NCBI RefSeq assembly: GCF_037042905.1
Contig: NC_087251.1
Span: forward strand, 12,650,001 to 12,714,000
Length of the DNA: 64,000 nt
Direction of reading: 5' to 3'
From: Lytechinus pictus
Lineage: Eukaryota
Position numbers and translations under genes: made by a program. The notes under the pieces were generated by a model that did no database searches, had not been told where the DNA came from, and saw only the letters and a list, made by a program, of their open reading frames with translations. Shown in pieces: positions 1-14,000 of the stretch; the stretch's first letter is position 1, and each line of letters opens with the position of its first letter.

Positions 1-477
1 GTACATCGCTAACAACCGGAAATGAAATGCATTGACATCACCTTGCAGATCCGTATATCTACGGCAAAAAAGCAGTTGAAATTCGACGAAAAAATCTGCG
101 GAAAAACGTTAAAATCTCAGCTTTTTCGGACAGTATCGATGTCGATAGTAGCGCTTACCTTCGGTCAGAAGTTGATTTTCATTTGGGCATAAAATTCCAC
201 AGGATTGATGAAATTTAACGGGATTTTTTTTGATGGACAGACGACAATCGCACATTATAGAGAGCCTAAAATAATGTACTGAAAAACCGGATATGAATTG
301 CGCATTGCATTCTAGGTAATGTAAGGACTGTCCCTATTGGCAATCGGGGCTACAACATGACCGTCTTTGGTCGAAAGAGGGCCAGTGATCGATCGGTGAC
401 GATCATCGGGCGAAAGGAGCTTGTGTAAACAATCACCCCGGGCGGTCGTTGTAAAAACCGCGTAAAGAGAAAGTTAA
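1..477. mobile_element. Probable end of a DNA transposon truncated by the window edge (TTAA-associated)
   Basis: CpG-rich block unlike the surrounding DNA, ending in ...CCGCGTAAAGAGAAAG-TTAA. The other end is not in the window, so the TIR cannot be verified. Confidence 0.3.
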
Positions 478-738
478 GGGTTAGACAGCAATTTTGACAG
501 CTGGAAACAGGTGGTGGTCATAAAATGCTCTCGTTGAATGTCCATTCGTAATAGGTCCATGGTTGACCCAAGTGTGAACATCAAAATCCTGTTGTGTTAT
601 GGCTTCAAAACAATAACATTATTACAAGGATAGGATATACAGGTGAAACCACATTCATGGTCACCTTGAACAGTCATGGCCACCTTGAAATTGAGTTTGT
701 ACATGTATGTACAAGTAATGTACTTCCTTGGGACTTAA

Positions 739-1133
739 AGGTAAATGCTAGTTTTGGTAACGATATCAAAATGAGTTCGTACAGAATCCAATGAAATGAC
801 CACCAAAGTGTTGAATTGTATAAATAAAACGCATGTGCCAAAGGATTCTGCAAGAAATTGTGTAATTGCTGAGAAATCAGCACATAAGCACAGGATTCGG
901 GTAGAGCGTCGGGCCCGACGCTCAAAGCAATAATTATACACTGTCCCACGTGCGCTTATCTGTGTTGGGGAAGTTCAGTCTGAACATTTTTCAGCGTAGA
1001 TTTCAAGATTTCACAAAGTTCAGTTTATGTAACTGTACCAGATCTAGATCCTCGATGATATACTGACAATTAAGCCTGGTTTTACAGACTTTCTCATGAA
1101 ATCAGTGTTTACTGCAACTACTGGAATTTCTCT
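739..1133. mobile_element. Non-autonomous TTAA-target DNA transposon (Kolobok-like MITE)
   Basis: TTAA at 735-738 and 1134-1137; imperfect TIRs AGGTAAATGCTAGT / AGAGAAATTCCAGT; a diverged inverted copy lies at 6630-7009. Confidence 0.7.
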
Positions 1134-3644
1134 TTAAAGACTTCCTCTAAAAGAATGCCTTCAAAGAAAATGAAAAAACAGAGGCAAGTAAAAAGATATC
1201 TGATCAGTCAACAAACCTCATGGTCATAATAAAGTGTAAAATTCTAATTAGTTGCAATAAGATGACTATCAAAATGGAAACATGATGGACTTTATTAATG
1301 CACAGAGAAATGAATGACCCAGGGCTTTTCTTCAAAATAAATCATGGCATAATGAAAATAAAGAGATCAACAACAAAATTGCAAAAGCTAGCCAATACAG
1401 TTTTAGAAAGAGTAAATTTTCCAAATGCTAAAAATAAACAGAAAATGAAAAAAAAAGAGAAAAGCTTAACTCTGCATAATTTAGACTTGTCATCCCAGCA
1501 CACTGAAGATTATTAGTATTAAAAAATTTCTGTGCATATATTATTTTAAATACATAATAGTTTTTCAAGCAATATTGCTACTACTATTGATATCGCATTT
1601 GTAATATGATATATTCATACATTGTTGATTAAAATTAAAGTTCAATTATATACAGTACATAAATATAAAAAAGTTACATTGTATTCACTTCTCAGCAATC
1701 AAAATGTGAACTTTTCAAAGTTATAAAACCAACATGATGTGGTTCAGGGCCTGTTTAACAAACCTCACAGAACAATTTCCATTTCTATAACACATGTTTC
1801 TCCATGTATAGTAAACCATGATGATAGACTCCTAAAGAAATCATGGCCTAAGTCTAATAAGCACACATAAGGAGCTTTAACCTTTCCAAAATAAATCAAA
1901 TCATGCCATCTTCAACATGATGACCTAACTTCTAAATCTGATTGTATGAAAGTATGATATTGACGTTTGTTTTGATTCTCATCTACAAGATGATAAATGC
2001 TTTGCTTTGACTCCCAGTGAGCATGACAAAAGGAAGACAGCACTCAGAGCTTTCACATGATAAAGCCTCATTCTGGTGCAGAGAATTAGATTTAAACTGA
2101 TGCAGAATGGCTTCTGTCTGCTACTGGGTGTCCTACAGGTTCAAATACTGAACTGAAAAAAAAAATAATTCAGTAAAAATCAAAGGCATGAGTGCTGATA
2201 CTTCATCAGTGGAATGTACAAGTACAGTAGTTGCAAAAGGCTCCATCCAAGAAAATGATACATCGTGATTTTACATTTTTCACACAAAGATCCTGTGGCA
2301 TAATTAGAAAGTTGTATGAACTAGAAAATACCTCCAGAACATCACTTCCTATTGTCAATTCATTGTTATAGTATGTTTTCACAGAAACTAAATTCTACAC
2401 ATAAATACTGATGTCCAATGACTTTGCTCTAATGCTGTCAAATTATTTATAAAAAAAAAAACTCTTTACCCCAAGACCAGAAAGTCCTTGTAATATTATT
2501 TCCGAATGCTGTACTGATTCATTCATTCAGTCATTTAAATCGTTTCAATGTAGGACATACAATTTTTTTTTAAAGATGATTTGAGAATGTTTCATCTGAA
2601 TGCAGATCTTTGCAAAGATATGCATTTGCATGTAAATGGTTGCTGTCAATCTGCCATACACCTATACATCATATCAATGCAGGATAAGTTGGTACACACC
2701 CTAAAACACTCGTGTGAAAAGGTTCGTTATGAACATCTCAGGGATAAGTGTAGCATCCAACCTCTTGTCACCTCCATTCTGTTGGCTTGATTGATGATAG
2801 TTCAAGAGCTTGCTCAGAAAGTGTTTGCATAGTGCTTTGGTGTCTGGAAAGTATATACTCCCTTCCAAAGAAAGTCGGCAATGACTAGGGTACACTGACA
2901 AGTACTTAGACAGAGTTGTTCAAACAAGAACTTAAACATTGACTTTAAAACATGTTTATTCACCTCAGAAAGATATGAAGGCCAGATACATGTATGAAGG
3001 ACAGCAAAATGATATGCTTTCCAAATATTAATCATCCAAATAATTCAGGCTAAATAGATTTAAAATTAAGAGTACAGTTACATCTATGAGACCATAAATA
3101 GACTTAAAATTATATAAATTTAAAAAAACAAATTGAGCTTCTCCAAATTCAGACACTCTGTCCAAAAAATATTTTGAAATAGGCCTATACAGAACAGACT
3201 GCACTGACTGTATAGAATTCATCCTCAGATAATCCAATATTTAATAAAGAAATATCATTGCTCATTCATGAATGAGCTATCATATGGCATCAAAATAAAA
3301 TGATGAAGTCTTCTCAATATATGTGGATAAGAACCAGACATATGGCTACTGAGATAACTAATCAGAGATTACTTCATTAACCGATAATAACTGGATTTAT
3401 TGTAATATCAGATGGATTAAAAAGGATAAGCAATGATCCTCTTACTTGAGACAGTTTTTCTCAACCAGATTCTCCATGCCATATGGCAAGTGGCCACATG
3501 GATAACTCCCATTAAATCAAAATACAAATTGGTCTGGCAAAATATAACAAAAATGTATCTTGGGGAGGAGATTAAAAAAGATTTTTCTTTCATTCATAAT
3601 ACAAGTATATCAGACAAAGTATAATATAGACTGTATCTTTGAAT

Positions 3645-4194
3645 CCCGGGGGGCCACTTACATTGACGAGTGGATACCATGCGCGACCAAAAAAACACGT
3701 AAAAAGGATGTCCTTTTCACGATATGGCACGTTACGTACGTAACGTGATAAGGGTGTCAAAAACACAAAAATAATGAAAAAAGGGTGTCTATTTCGCTAG
3801 GAAAATTACGTGTTTAGGGTCGAATTTGCGGGAATGTTAAAACAAAATTAAAATGTTTTATAAAGGATGTTCATTTTGCCCCAACACTTCGTGTTTAGAG
3901 TCCGATTTGCGCGAGGTGAAGAAGGTGGGGTCGTACTAAACCAAATAAGGTAAAGCCGACGACCGAAGGACCCGTAACAATAAAACATTCCTGTACTTGT
4001 TTAGGGGTTCATTTCAGGGAATATTTGCCAAGAGTATCGTTTTGTTTCCAATACTTGTTAAGGGTAGGGTTTCACACGCCATTACTTGTTAAGGGGTGCA
4101 TTTTCAGAATATGGAAATTACGTGTTTAGGGTGCTTTTCGAGACCCCATAGTCGCGCATGGTATCCACTCGTGAATGGAAGTGGCCCCCCCGGG
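3645..4194. mobile_element. Non-autonomous DNA transposon with ~45-bp TIRs and 8-bp TSD
   Basis: TIR CCCGGGGGG(G)CCACTT(A/C)CATT(G/C)ACGAGTGGATACCATGCGCGAC at both ends; perfect TSD CTTTGAAT at 3637-3644 and 4195-4202. Confidence 0.92.
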
Positions 4195-5419
4195 CTTTGA
4201 ATAAAAAGTAATAAATTTACATGGGCAAGTATCTCATAGAAGATTGTCTTTTTTTTATCTATACATATATCATAGGAAAAAAAAGAAGAACATTCGTACA
4301 CAAATGTTAAACCCTTTCCTACATTGTAAGTGTTGGTTAAAAATCAATAATATGTACATGTATTGTGTGAAGTATTTTTACTTTCTCTTTAACTTTCAAA
4401 TTATGTTAAAAATGTTGTAGCTCTAGTACATTTTTATTGACTTATTCTATTTGAACACTAGATTCTAAATGAAATTTAGATTTGCAAGAAACCAATTTTG
4501 GTTTTAATGGAGTATTCTAGCTATCTTCCTTTTGCTTTTAAGTGAGGATATGATACAAGATTCCTTGCATGAATCAATTATAAAAAATTCAGCCATTTTG
4601 TGGAAGATTGATTATGTTTGGAGGGAGTATCTTTACCTCACTGCTTTTGATTACTCCAACAGACTCTTTTCAACCAGAACTCTTCTAACAAATTACCTCC
4701 ACCTTACTTAGGCCTCCCAGTCAAGTTCAAATATAGACTATTAAGTGACCTCTTTCAAGCAAATTAAAACACCATCCTCCTCCCTACAGCATCTACAGAC
4801 ATGCTAGCCCTGTTCCATCCTTCATTCATTTTCAATTTTGTCCTTTTTTCGAGCAACGTTATTCCTTTCCAAAGATACAAACAGAAAAAAATAGATTTGG
4901 GTCAAGTTTCTATGTGGATTGTGTATATCAACTCTGAGTGCAATATTATTGGTGAAAATGAGAAAGAAAAATGTAATAATCTTAGAAGCAAGGCTAATAA
5001 GGAATCCAAGCACACCCAATCATTGCAACCTCCTAGCCTAGGGGCCATTGTTGTACTTAAACTCTGCTCCCTGCTCGGCACCACATTTGCAAATATGATT
5101 AGTTTACCGTCGTGTATTTTTGCCTAATGCCCGGGACAGATGATTTAATTTTCAGATCATAATACGTGATTGGATTTCCACACACTTGAGGTTTCGGTTG
5201 GACTGACGGTCGGTCGGTCAAACGATGGCTTGGTTGTGGGGGGGAAATGATAGCCTGCTTGGCTAAATGAATGGTGGATGGTCAGAACTGGAGTCTGAAG
5301 ATGGGAATAATTGTTTTGGTGACAACTAACTCATTTTGAAATGAAAATCATTTGTTTCTGTTATTCTTACTCATCAGTGCTATCTATATCTTCTCGTTTA
5401 CAGATATTTGTCACATGCT

Positions 5420-5493
5420 TTTTTTTCTCTGTCTCCATGTCTTCATCTTCCTTCCTTCTTCCTTCCTCTCTTCCTCCTCCCCCCCCCCCCCCG

Positions 5494-5526
<33 letters not shown>

Positions 5527-5760
5527 TATATATCTGTCTATATATCTGCCTATCTCTACCCCTCTACATCTATACCTACTTCCCTCCTCCCATCCCCCTC
5601 TCTATCTCTCTCTTTCTGTCTTTCTCTGTCTCTCTCACTTACAGCCACCCCCCCCTCACTCATATCAAGACTGCCTACCATCCTTATTTTTTATATAGTA
5701 GATCTCTATCTTATATTCTATCCCAATCTCTATCTCTCGCCCATCCATTTGTATTTTCTG
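5420..5760. repeat. Pyrimidine-rich low-complexity tract with poly-C and (CT)n microsatellite
   Basis: (CT)n at ~5496-5524 and degenerate CT/CTAT repeats; explains the S/L/P-rich ORFs at 5341-5919. Confidence 0.85.
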
Positions 5761-6629
5761 TACTATCAAATTCAATTAAGAAGAGGACAACAAACATGGC
5801 AAATATCTATCTCATCATCACCTACAGAGAAAAAAAGTTTCATGGCTCATCGGCTACGTAGCTCACATAACATGCAGAGAGGCAGATGGGTGGACAGATG
5901 GATGGTGGCAAATAACTGATTTTCCTTCCAGTCTGCATGTGGGGGAGATGTATTTACATGAAAACTAACTGATATGAAACTTAAATCATACTAGAGGTTT
6001 ACAATTGGGTTACCTGATTACCACTGCTCAGTGCCCACACAAAAACTTTCAAGTTCGCTGCTGAAACTGAGAGTTCAACCTCTTGATATTTCTAACTGAT
6101 GATTTCATTAGTCAAATTTGGAAGAAGAAATCATGGAGAGGGTTCTAAATTAGGCAGCTATTTTTATTTTAAAACTCAAAGAAGTCCTCACAACTTGAGC
6201 AGCTATATTCCATACTTACATGTAAGCCTTTAAAACCTGAAAGTTTTTTTTACTAATGCAGGTTTTAATTTTCTTGTCATCCATGTATGTTTACATACTA
6301 GGTAAAGATGTTTCATGATTTCTATAAAACATTGCTCACCAAATGAAAGCAATACATTGGAACATACTTTGATATAAATACAATATAATAATTATCTCAT
6401 TTCCAACATGCCTTAAGTCTTTTTAAGGAATATAATTTCTATATCCACCAGTTTCATACCAATCCTTGAACTCATCTCATCCACCCACGTTTAAGTATTC
6501 TTCTTATAATACATGTAGTTGGTCCTTATTATCACATTAGTTTGTGTTTGCTAAATTCAAGCAACACGAAACAATGTGATTTTTAATAAGTCATATTAAA
6601 GAGTACATTAGTAACATTTTCAGACTTAA

Positions 6630-7009
6630 AGGTAAAAGAATGTAGTTGCAGCAAACAATTATTTCATGAGAAAGTCTTTGAAATTAAGTGTAAATTGTCA
6701 CCAATATATCATATATCTAGATCTGGTATCTTAATGTAAACTTATCTTTGTGAAATTAAGATAATGTTGATGAACACTAACACAGAAAAGCATATGTGGG
6801 ACAGTGTATTAATATTGCTTGGAAATAGTACACTGTCCCACATTTGATGGAATTCCGTGCTTATTTTACACATTTCTCAGCAATTACACATTTTCTTTCA
6901 GAGCCATGTGCCACATATTCTTTATTTATACATACAAACACTTAGGACTAATTTTCTTGGATTCTGTTCAAACTCATTTTAAGATTGTTTCAACAACTGG
7001 TATTTATCT
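6630..7009. mobile_element. Diverged inverted copy of the 739-1133 TTAA element
   Basis: TTAA-AGGTAAAAGAATGTAGTTGCAGCAAAC...TTTCATGAGAAAGTCT is the reverse complement of the 1085-1133 end; internal homology continues (TGGGACAGTGTAT, TTTCTCAGCAATTACAC). Confidence 0.75.
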
Positions 7010-7602
7010 TCAAGTAATTGTTTTGTCAAGTGTGTTGATTATATAAATTACATGTATAATGGATGGTATATGATGTGGTTTAATAGAAAAAGACACATAA
7101 AATAATAAGTATTAATGACTTTAGAGTTATAGTTTCACTTTCACGTTTTCTATCACATGTCATACATGTACCTGTCATCTAGATAATTCTGTCCTCTGTA
7201 ACTTGACAACTTAGTCTTAAATTATGTCATTTAGCATCTGGCAGAGTGCAAAGGTGGTTAGTGGGTAATTTATCCAGATTTGTGTCATACTCTTGACAAT
7301 GCTACAAGGATTTTCAATTCTTGTTTCATTTCGTTTATTGTTTCTGCAACTTTTTTTATAAAATATTCAACAACGATAAAAAAAAATGAGAACAAGGTTG
7401 TATTTTCTATAACAAAAATATTTCAAAATGTTGCAGGGGTTGCCACTTTATGACAAAGTCTGACCAAATTCCATTCCAAAACAAAATGATGAAGACTAAC
7501 TACAGTATATGGGAAAAAAGAAGAAGGAAAGAATGCATGTTACTTAACTTCAAGTTTACATACATGTATAGAGAAAGTTTACCATTTTTTTTATTTGAAT
7601 TT

Positions 7603-8379
7603 GGGGCAGTTCCACGGTTATGGAGTGACATTCAGAAACAAGTTTTTAGCATTCAAACAAAGATATCACCCATATTTAAAAAGTTATTTGCAAAGAAATG
7701 GTACCTGACAGGAGTTGCTTAAACCCACTTTTCAAATAATAATATTTTTTATTTTGATCCACTGAATTAATGAGATATGAATATTCATAATCATGGTTAC
7801 GGAGTGACGTAAAATGGACATGCATATTTGAGGAGAAAACTTATTGCTCAAACTCTGTGAACTTTAAATGGCTATCACAATGTTGAGTTATTGATTGGAT
7901 TCTATGTTGTTCTAGCTTTAATATGCTGCATTACATTAAAAAATTTGTGTATTTTTTCATTAATTACAACTTAAAAACATAAACCAATACCCGGTTACGG
8001 AGTGACGGTTACGGAATGACATCTGAAATATTCACACACAGGCAACGTAAAATGAACTTATATTTTAAAATTTTCTTTTTGATGTGATGTAAAATGATGA
8101 CCTTCAGATTATCCAAAAGAAAACTTGACAAAAAAAGCAAAAGTTTTCCGTTAAATTAAAATAAAGTAAAAAACAATATATGTAGTCCCATGTATAGAAT
8201 TTTTTGTATTGTTTGGATTCACCTATAAGGAGATGCATAAGAAAAAAATTGTGGCTAACTATGTTTCCCTTTTGTATCTATGAAAACACATATGGGTTTT
8301 AAGAGAAAATTTTGATCCAGATTTAAAATAGAGCCAATATAAATTTTTGGAAAATGTCCACTTTTGCTTGGAATTGCCC
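7603..8379. mobile_element. PIF/Harbinger-like MITE
   Basis: Termini GGGCAGTTCCA / TGGAATTGCCC flanked by TTT on each side; internal repeated motif GGTTACGGAGTGAC. Confidence 0.6.
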
Positions 8380-8694
8380 TTTGCCTATTCCTAAATCCAA
8401 CAATACCAGAGGTATCCAAAGATTTAAAGTAGCAAAATTTGTATACTAAAGTCAGGACCTACAGGTAAGCCTGTAAAGGTCTTGCCTATGTACCTATCTG
8501 ATTGGATCTTGGAGTTGTGGTAGTCCATGACATGGTTGGAAGAAATCTCAATACAAGTACTGTTCCAATCAAAATTACTAAATATTGAAAAGAAGGCAAA
8601 TGGCAATTATCTCTACTGGACTTGCAGCATCCTTATCTGCAGTGTACTTAATAACCCTTGTCCAAGAGAGCCTTTGAACTTGAAGAGGACTGGG

Positions 8695-8710
8695 TCAGAG
8701 ACACTTGTAC
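8695..8710 (-). CDS. Putative terminal coding exon of the 7TM gene (R-YKCL-stop), followed by 3' UTR
   Basis: Strong acceptor TTTATTCTTTCACAG|G after a 95-nt intron; the phase-2 join from exon 9041-8806 gives AG|G TAC AAG TGT CTC TGA. Confidence 0.45.
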
Positions 8711-8805
8711 CTGTGAAAGAATAAAAATTGCATGAGAGCAAGAAATGCTACATGCAATTTTTCATTTTTTTTTTATTTGAGTGTAAGAGATACCAAAGGT
8801 CTTAC

Positions 8806-9041
8806 CTTTCCAAGTAGACTGGCCTTGCTGCATCTTTGCCTGTTCCCCGATCCAAGCGGGTCTTGGAACTATTGGAGTGCCACAGGCATTCTATGATGTG
8901 CGGGTGAAAGCGTTTAGACTGAAGCCGTGAGAGAGTCAGGGCCTCGGTCTTCCACTGCTGGTAGTGGTCCGGATGGAACGTCTGCAGGAGACCTCTGCGA
9001 GGGGATCCGTTACTGGTCTGCCATTCTACTATGCCAAAGTT
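8806..9041 (-). CDS. Internal exon of the 7TM gene; kinase N-lobe-like segment
   Basis: Acceptor TTTGTTTGTTTTTTAG, donor AAG|GTAAGA. GC-rich, open in phase 0: NFGIVEWQTSNGSPRRGLLQTFHPDHYQQWKTEALTLSRLQSKRFHPHIIECLWHSNSSKTRLDRGTGKDAARPVYLE. Confidence 0.75.
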
Positions 9042-9226
9042 CTAAAAAACAAACAAATTTGTAAATATTAAGCTACAGTAGGATGAATAGAAACAAGCAG
9101 CAAGATAACAGATATATGTCATTCTGATAATGGTGGAAGCAGAGGGAAGACTGAGGAGAAGAGGATAGGGAGAGACAAGGTGGATGAAAAGAATATGAAG
9201 AAAAGAGGAGCAAGGGGAACAAAATG

Positions 9227-9278
9227 TTGATGATAATGAGGAGGAGGATTATAATAATGATGATGATGTTGATGATTA

Positions 9279-9318
<40 letters not shown>

Positions 9319-9338
9319 TATGATGATGATGATGATGT
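9227..9338. repeat. (ATG/GAT)n microsatellite
   Basis: Imperfect trinucleotide run; source of the poly-H and poly-M ORFs. Confidence 0.9.
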
Positions 9339-10836
9339 TGACGAAAGAAAAAAAAGGAGAGGAGAATAAGGAAAAGGGGAAAAGAGAAGAACAAATGAGG
9401 ACAATGAAGGCAAGAAGTAGAAAAATCTGAAATTTAAGAAAAATAAGAAGTAGAAAAAAATATACCGGGGGAATGACTTATGTTGACATGCAAAAAATTT
9501 ACTTGGGATTAAGATAGCAAAACCTAATTCCTGCATGTATTGGGAACATGGTCTAGTTTTACTTCCACTGGGTAATCACAAAACAGATGTAAATCTACCT
9601 TAGCAACCCACTTGTTGTCCTTGACAACAGGAAAGTGGAAAATTGTTGGCAAATCATGTGGCAACATCCTGCAGGAAACCTAGATACAGAGAATTATCAC
9701 TGTTGAAAGAATTAACTAAAAAAATCAGGAGCACTTAGGACCCAGCAAATTGGCATACTGAGAGGTAATTCTTTCTTCAACATTACCAATAACATGAGCA
9801 CATAAACATAGAAATTCATTAATAAAAAAAAAGACAGAAACAGAGAGAAATTGTTTAAGACCTGCTCAGAGATCGGTCCTCCAAGCAAAGTGAGGGATTA
9901 CAAGAATATTATCACATTATGGTTAAAATTGAGAAAGGAAGCAAATAAAATTAGAAAAGGAAATCAAGAAAAGAAAAGGAACAAAAATTTTAAAAAAGGC
10001 AAGCAAAAAAGTTTGAAGACTATAGACTTAGATAAAAGAGATAGTGAGGAAATAACAAGGAAAAAAGCATAAAAATATAATTTAATATAAAAAAGTTTTA
10101 CAAACATTTCATATCAAAGAAATACAAATGCTATTATTAGCAGAGAAGAAAAATGAAAAACTTTAATGTAAAAAAAAAAACAATTAGACACATGGAAATA
10201 CTTTTGATAAGACTTAAAAAATTAAATATAAGAGTATGAGAACCAACATTTGTATTCCTGTAAATAAATTAGTCTTTTGAATAAAGAAAAAAGGTCGGAC
10301 TAATATCAAATATTATTACTCCTAGGGCTCTCATCATAGGAATAAGTTGTCTGGCCTATATGCATGATGTATTATGCAATCATTATTAAACCAATTAGCC
10401 CAATCAATTATCGGTACTGATGACATACATAATGCACACAGAATGTAACCAAAGTACATTTTGCTCAACATTACCATGTACATGTACATGAACAGTTAAA
10501 ACCCAAAAGGGATTATTGTGTAAATCATTATCCTCAAAAGGTCCAAATGCCATTTATGTAATTTTCAGGAAAGTATTTGTTGGTGGTTTCAATTAAATTG
10601 GCTGAAAGGCTGATATTTTTTTTCACATAAAACAAATAAGAGAAGGGTTTCTAAAATACATGTTTATCATGGATAAGTCGATTTGAAATTCATGAATACA
10701 ATTTCCAACTGTCAAAATATCTAACTGTAAAGTTATTGAACTTTCATCAGTCATCATTCTCTTTTTCTAGCATGCAATGGATGCCAATGTATCAGACTGC
10801 TCCTCCTATTTTTTTTTAATGAGAAAAATTCCTTAC

Positions 10837-11054
10837 CTCTGGTCTTGCTTGCATGAGGACATGCTCTACCCACGATGCTTCACCCGGGGCGCGGTTGCTA
10901 CCCCTCGGCAAGGTATCATGAGTATGCGGCCCCATCCCGTTGGCTAGGGCTCCCTCTAAGTCTGTTCCCTTTCCATGGCCAGAAGCTCTAGAGGGTGGGA
11001 CTGTACGAGCAAGCTGACCAAGCCCGACACGTAAAGCACTGCCACCTTTCACAG
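10837..11054 (-). CDS. Internal exon of the 7TM gene (cytoplasmic linker)
   Basis: Acceptor TTTTTTATTTTCAG, donor GAG|GTAAGG; 218 nt, phase 1 to phase 0. Encodes AVKGGSALRVGLGQ...SWVEHVLMQARPE and matches the phases of both neighbouring exons. Confidence 0.75.
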
Positions 11055-14000
11055 CTGAAAATAAAAAAGTAGTAACTGAAAATGAGCTGAAATTTGTGAA
11101 AACTGATGAGCACTGGTGAAGTGTAATATATTCCAAGATCATTCTTAACTACTTTCATGAGGACTTTACAAATAGGAAATCATGAAGGAATTTTCTTAAA
11201 ACTTTCATTTAATTTCAGATCTGAACTAAATACAGGCCTTAAATTCCATTGCAACACAAGTGCATGATTCAAAAGGAACACGATCCTAAAATTCATTTCA
11301 GATTTTGAAATGAAAAAAGTCATCTTTCAGCTTAAATCTTTTGAAATTTAACCTGTGAAACTATGAAATCCCTCTGAGGTCAAAAGGCTTTCCATTCAGA
11401 GTTGACAGTGAGAACATTCCAAGACCTTTAGGTCATTCAACCACCCCATTAAATTTTGATGTTGTTCCACTTTTTCTTTCATTCTTGATGTTTTGTAGAC
11501 ACCCATTCTTGACAAACTCTTTGGGTGATCATTTTACACTTTGGTTTCCATTCCTACAACATGTCTGATATAAGTGATAATATTTCAATCCCATGAAAAT
11601 CATAGAGGGGCGTACATGATTGTAAGAAGAAGCACATGCTGTTTACGTGAAGTTAAAATACATTTGGAGATGTACTGTACGGTCATTCATTTTTCATAAC
11701 AGTGAACATCTTTCTAAAAAGACATGAAAGAGCAAATTCTTTCTTTTTTAGATTATCTTTCATGAACATGTACAGGTCTGCTACTGATTTTCTTTGAATC
11801 TCTTTTTAACATGACTTTTTTTTTATTCATTTTCATTTTATGATATAAATTAAGCCTATACTAGTATTATATAGTTCCAGGGATGGTGCCAGAGTTTTTT
11901 TAGAGTGGGGAGGGAGCATGACGTGAAAGTATAGGGAGTAAGCCTATAGTTCTACAACACTTCCTATAATTTTCAATTATTTGTCTTCTCAATCCCCCAA
12001 TTTATGCACACTGAAAATCATAGCTCAGTCACCCCCCCCCCCCCCCAACAAACCCACTTTGTGGTGCCACTTACATGTATGTAGTTCACTTTGCTTTATG
12101 GAATATTTACTATACATGGAATGATTAAAATATCCACACCTGAAACATTTCTACAGGTTTTATTCATGTTTAAAAGCAATTCTAAGGATTGGTGATTTGG
12201 TATGCCAACTGATTTGTTCTGTTTTCTCTTAAACAATTAAAATGTAGTATCCACATTTGTGTACTCTAGCCTGTACAAGGTGAGGTCATAGTACCAACAT
12301 TCCCAATTTTTATTTTCCAAATTTATATGGGTCTGCAATATGTGAGTTGTCTCAATAGCATTTATGGTCAGTTTAAAACAGCAGGGCACATGTCAGCAAC
12401 CTCGGTATTTGATTTTAGAAAGACAATAGGCCCATTGACTACCAGAAAAACCACAAAAAACCTGTAGATTACTCAGTCAGGTCTGTGGAATCTACAGACA
12501 ACCAGAATATTCAATGAGTCACACTCCAAGTCTAGATCATCAAAATCTGCATTCACCTTCTCTCATCAATAGTTTCCCTGATTTATAAGTTGTGTGTCAT
12601 TATCGACAACTTCCTGCGTAATGTTCAAAATTATACAGGTATTGCGGTCAACCATCATACTATGACATAACCAAGAAGCTATCACATAAACCTAGATGTG
12701 AAGGGGCACCCTTCTTGAAGTCTCAAGTGCCTGTTAACTTGAGGATAAGTGTCGGATCAGGGAGTTGTTCCAACCTTAGGAATGAAATGAAGAAGATACA
12801 TACAATATGTCTCTTCATTCATAACACAGTGACATTCACCTCTGAGACACTTGGTTATGATAGATCCAGATAAGGATTTTTAATTTCAAGGAGATCATAA
12901 CAAAGTTCCTTCATTGATCTGGTTGGAAACATTTTGGATCTATAAGTTTGACCAACTTTGTTATGGGGAAAAAGGTTGATAATAAAAATAAGATTCATAT
13001 TTGAGTAATCCTACAGTGCATTGTCACAGTCAAACAGCATGCAATTACAATGTACAGTGTACATGTACAGGTATGCTACAGTATCTTTGGTAATGACTGC
13101 AACAGATCTTGAAACTACATCGTTCTTGTCTACCTTTCTTTCTTTACAAAGGGCACCCAGTAGGCCTAAAGGCAGTATTACCAGGTATATGATACTCCCT
13201 GATATCACTGTCACACTCTAAACAAATGCACATCAGATTCAAAATCTATTACATACATTCTTTCTAATCAGTGAAATTTATAGGGAATACACACTTAATA
13301 GAATGATACAGAAACATACATGTACATGTAATGAAATTTTAAATAAAGTTTTGCAAGGAATCAATAGTGGATAAGCTCCATTTCACACAAGTAATTTCAA
13401 CAATTACTCAAATATTGATATTAGAATGAAGACCATGTGAAAGAGCTCTCAATCTTATAAGATCAGCTAAAGGCCTCAAATCTTTTCTTCTTTGATCAAA
13501 GCACATGGTGGTTCATGTGACTTTTAGCAAAGCAAACCCTGGATACCCTTTTTTACATGGCCATGCATGTGGACCTGATCATCTAGATACTGGTTGGGCA
13601 ATGAAATAGATACTTTGAAGAACAGTGTCTACTAATTTATGTAATATATACAATATATACTGGTAGAAATTTGTTAGCCCCTTATTGTGCTAATGATTTA
13701 CAATCCTCTCCATTAAAGAACTATCGAAAGTCTAATCTAAAGTTTGTAGTAAAAATGATGGTTATCAACTCAGTGCTTAAAATATGATTTTTAAAAATGT
13801 GCTTCACATTTCTACATTATACTATTTAAAAAAGTCTGAATGGCCTTCTGTCCACAACAAACTGAAGACACCTTGTGACCTCTCATATCAAATTGTCTAT
13901 GATATCCAAATGTAAACAAGCCTCTTCAAGATATTTGTAAGGGGTTCACTTGTCAAAACTAAGGTTCTTGTAAAGACAAATTGGGTAAAAATTAATTTCA

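Noticed and set aside
2330..2885. Minus-strand VIADF (2871-2885) and TIGSDV (~2335-2352) as possible kinase C-lobe exons of the 7TM gene
   Set aside because: Very short matches, the DFG glycine is absent, stops lie nearby, and I could not build a phase-consistent exon chain; likely chance.
9119..9536. Poly-His and poly-Met ORFs
   Set aside because: Intronic (ATG)n microsatellite.
12690..12810. Strong minus-strand acceptor suggesting an extra exon of the 7TM gene
   Set aside because: All three frames hit stop codons before a plausible donor.
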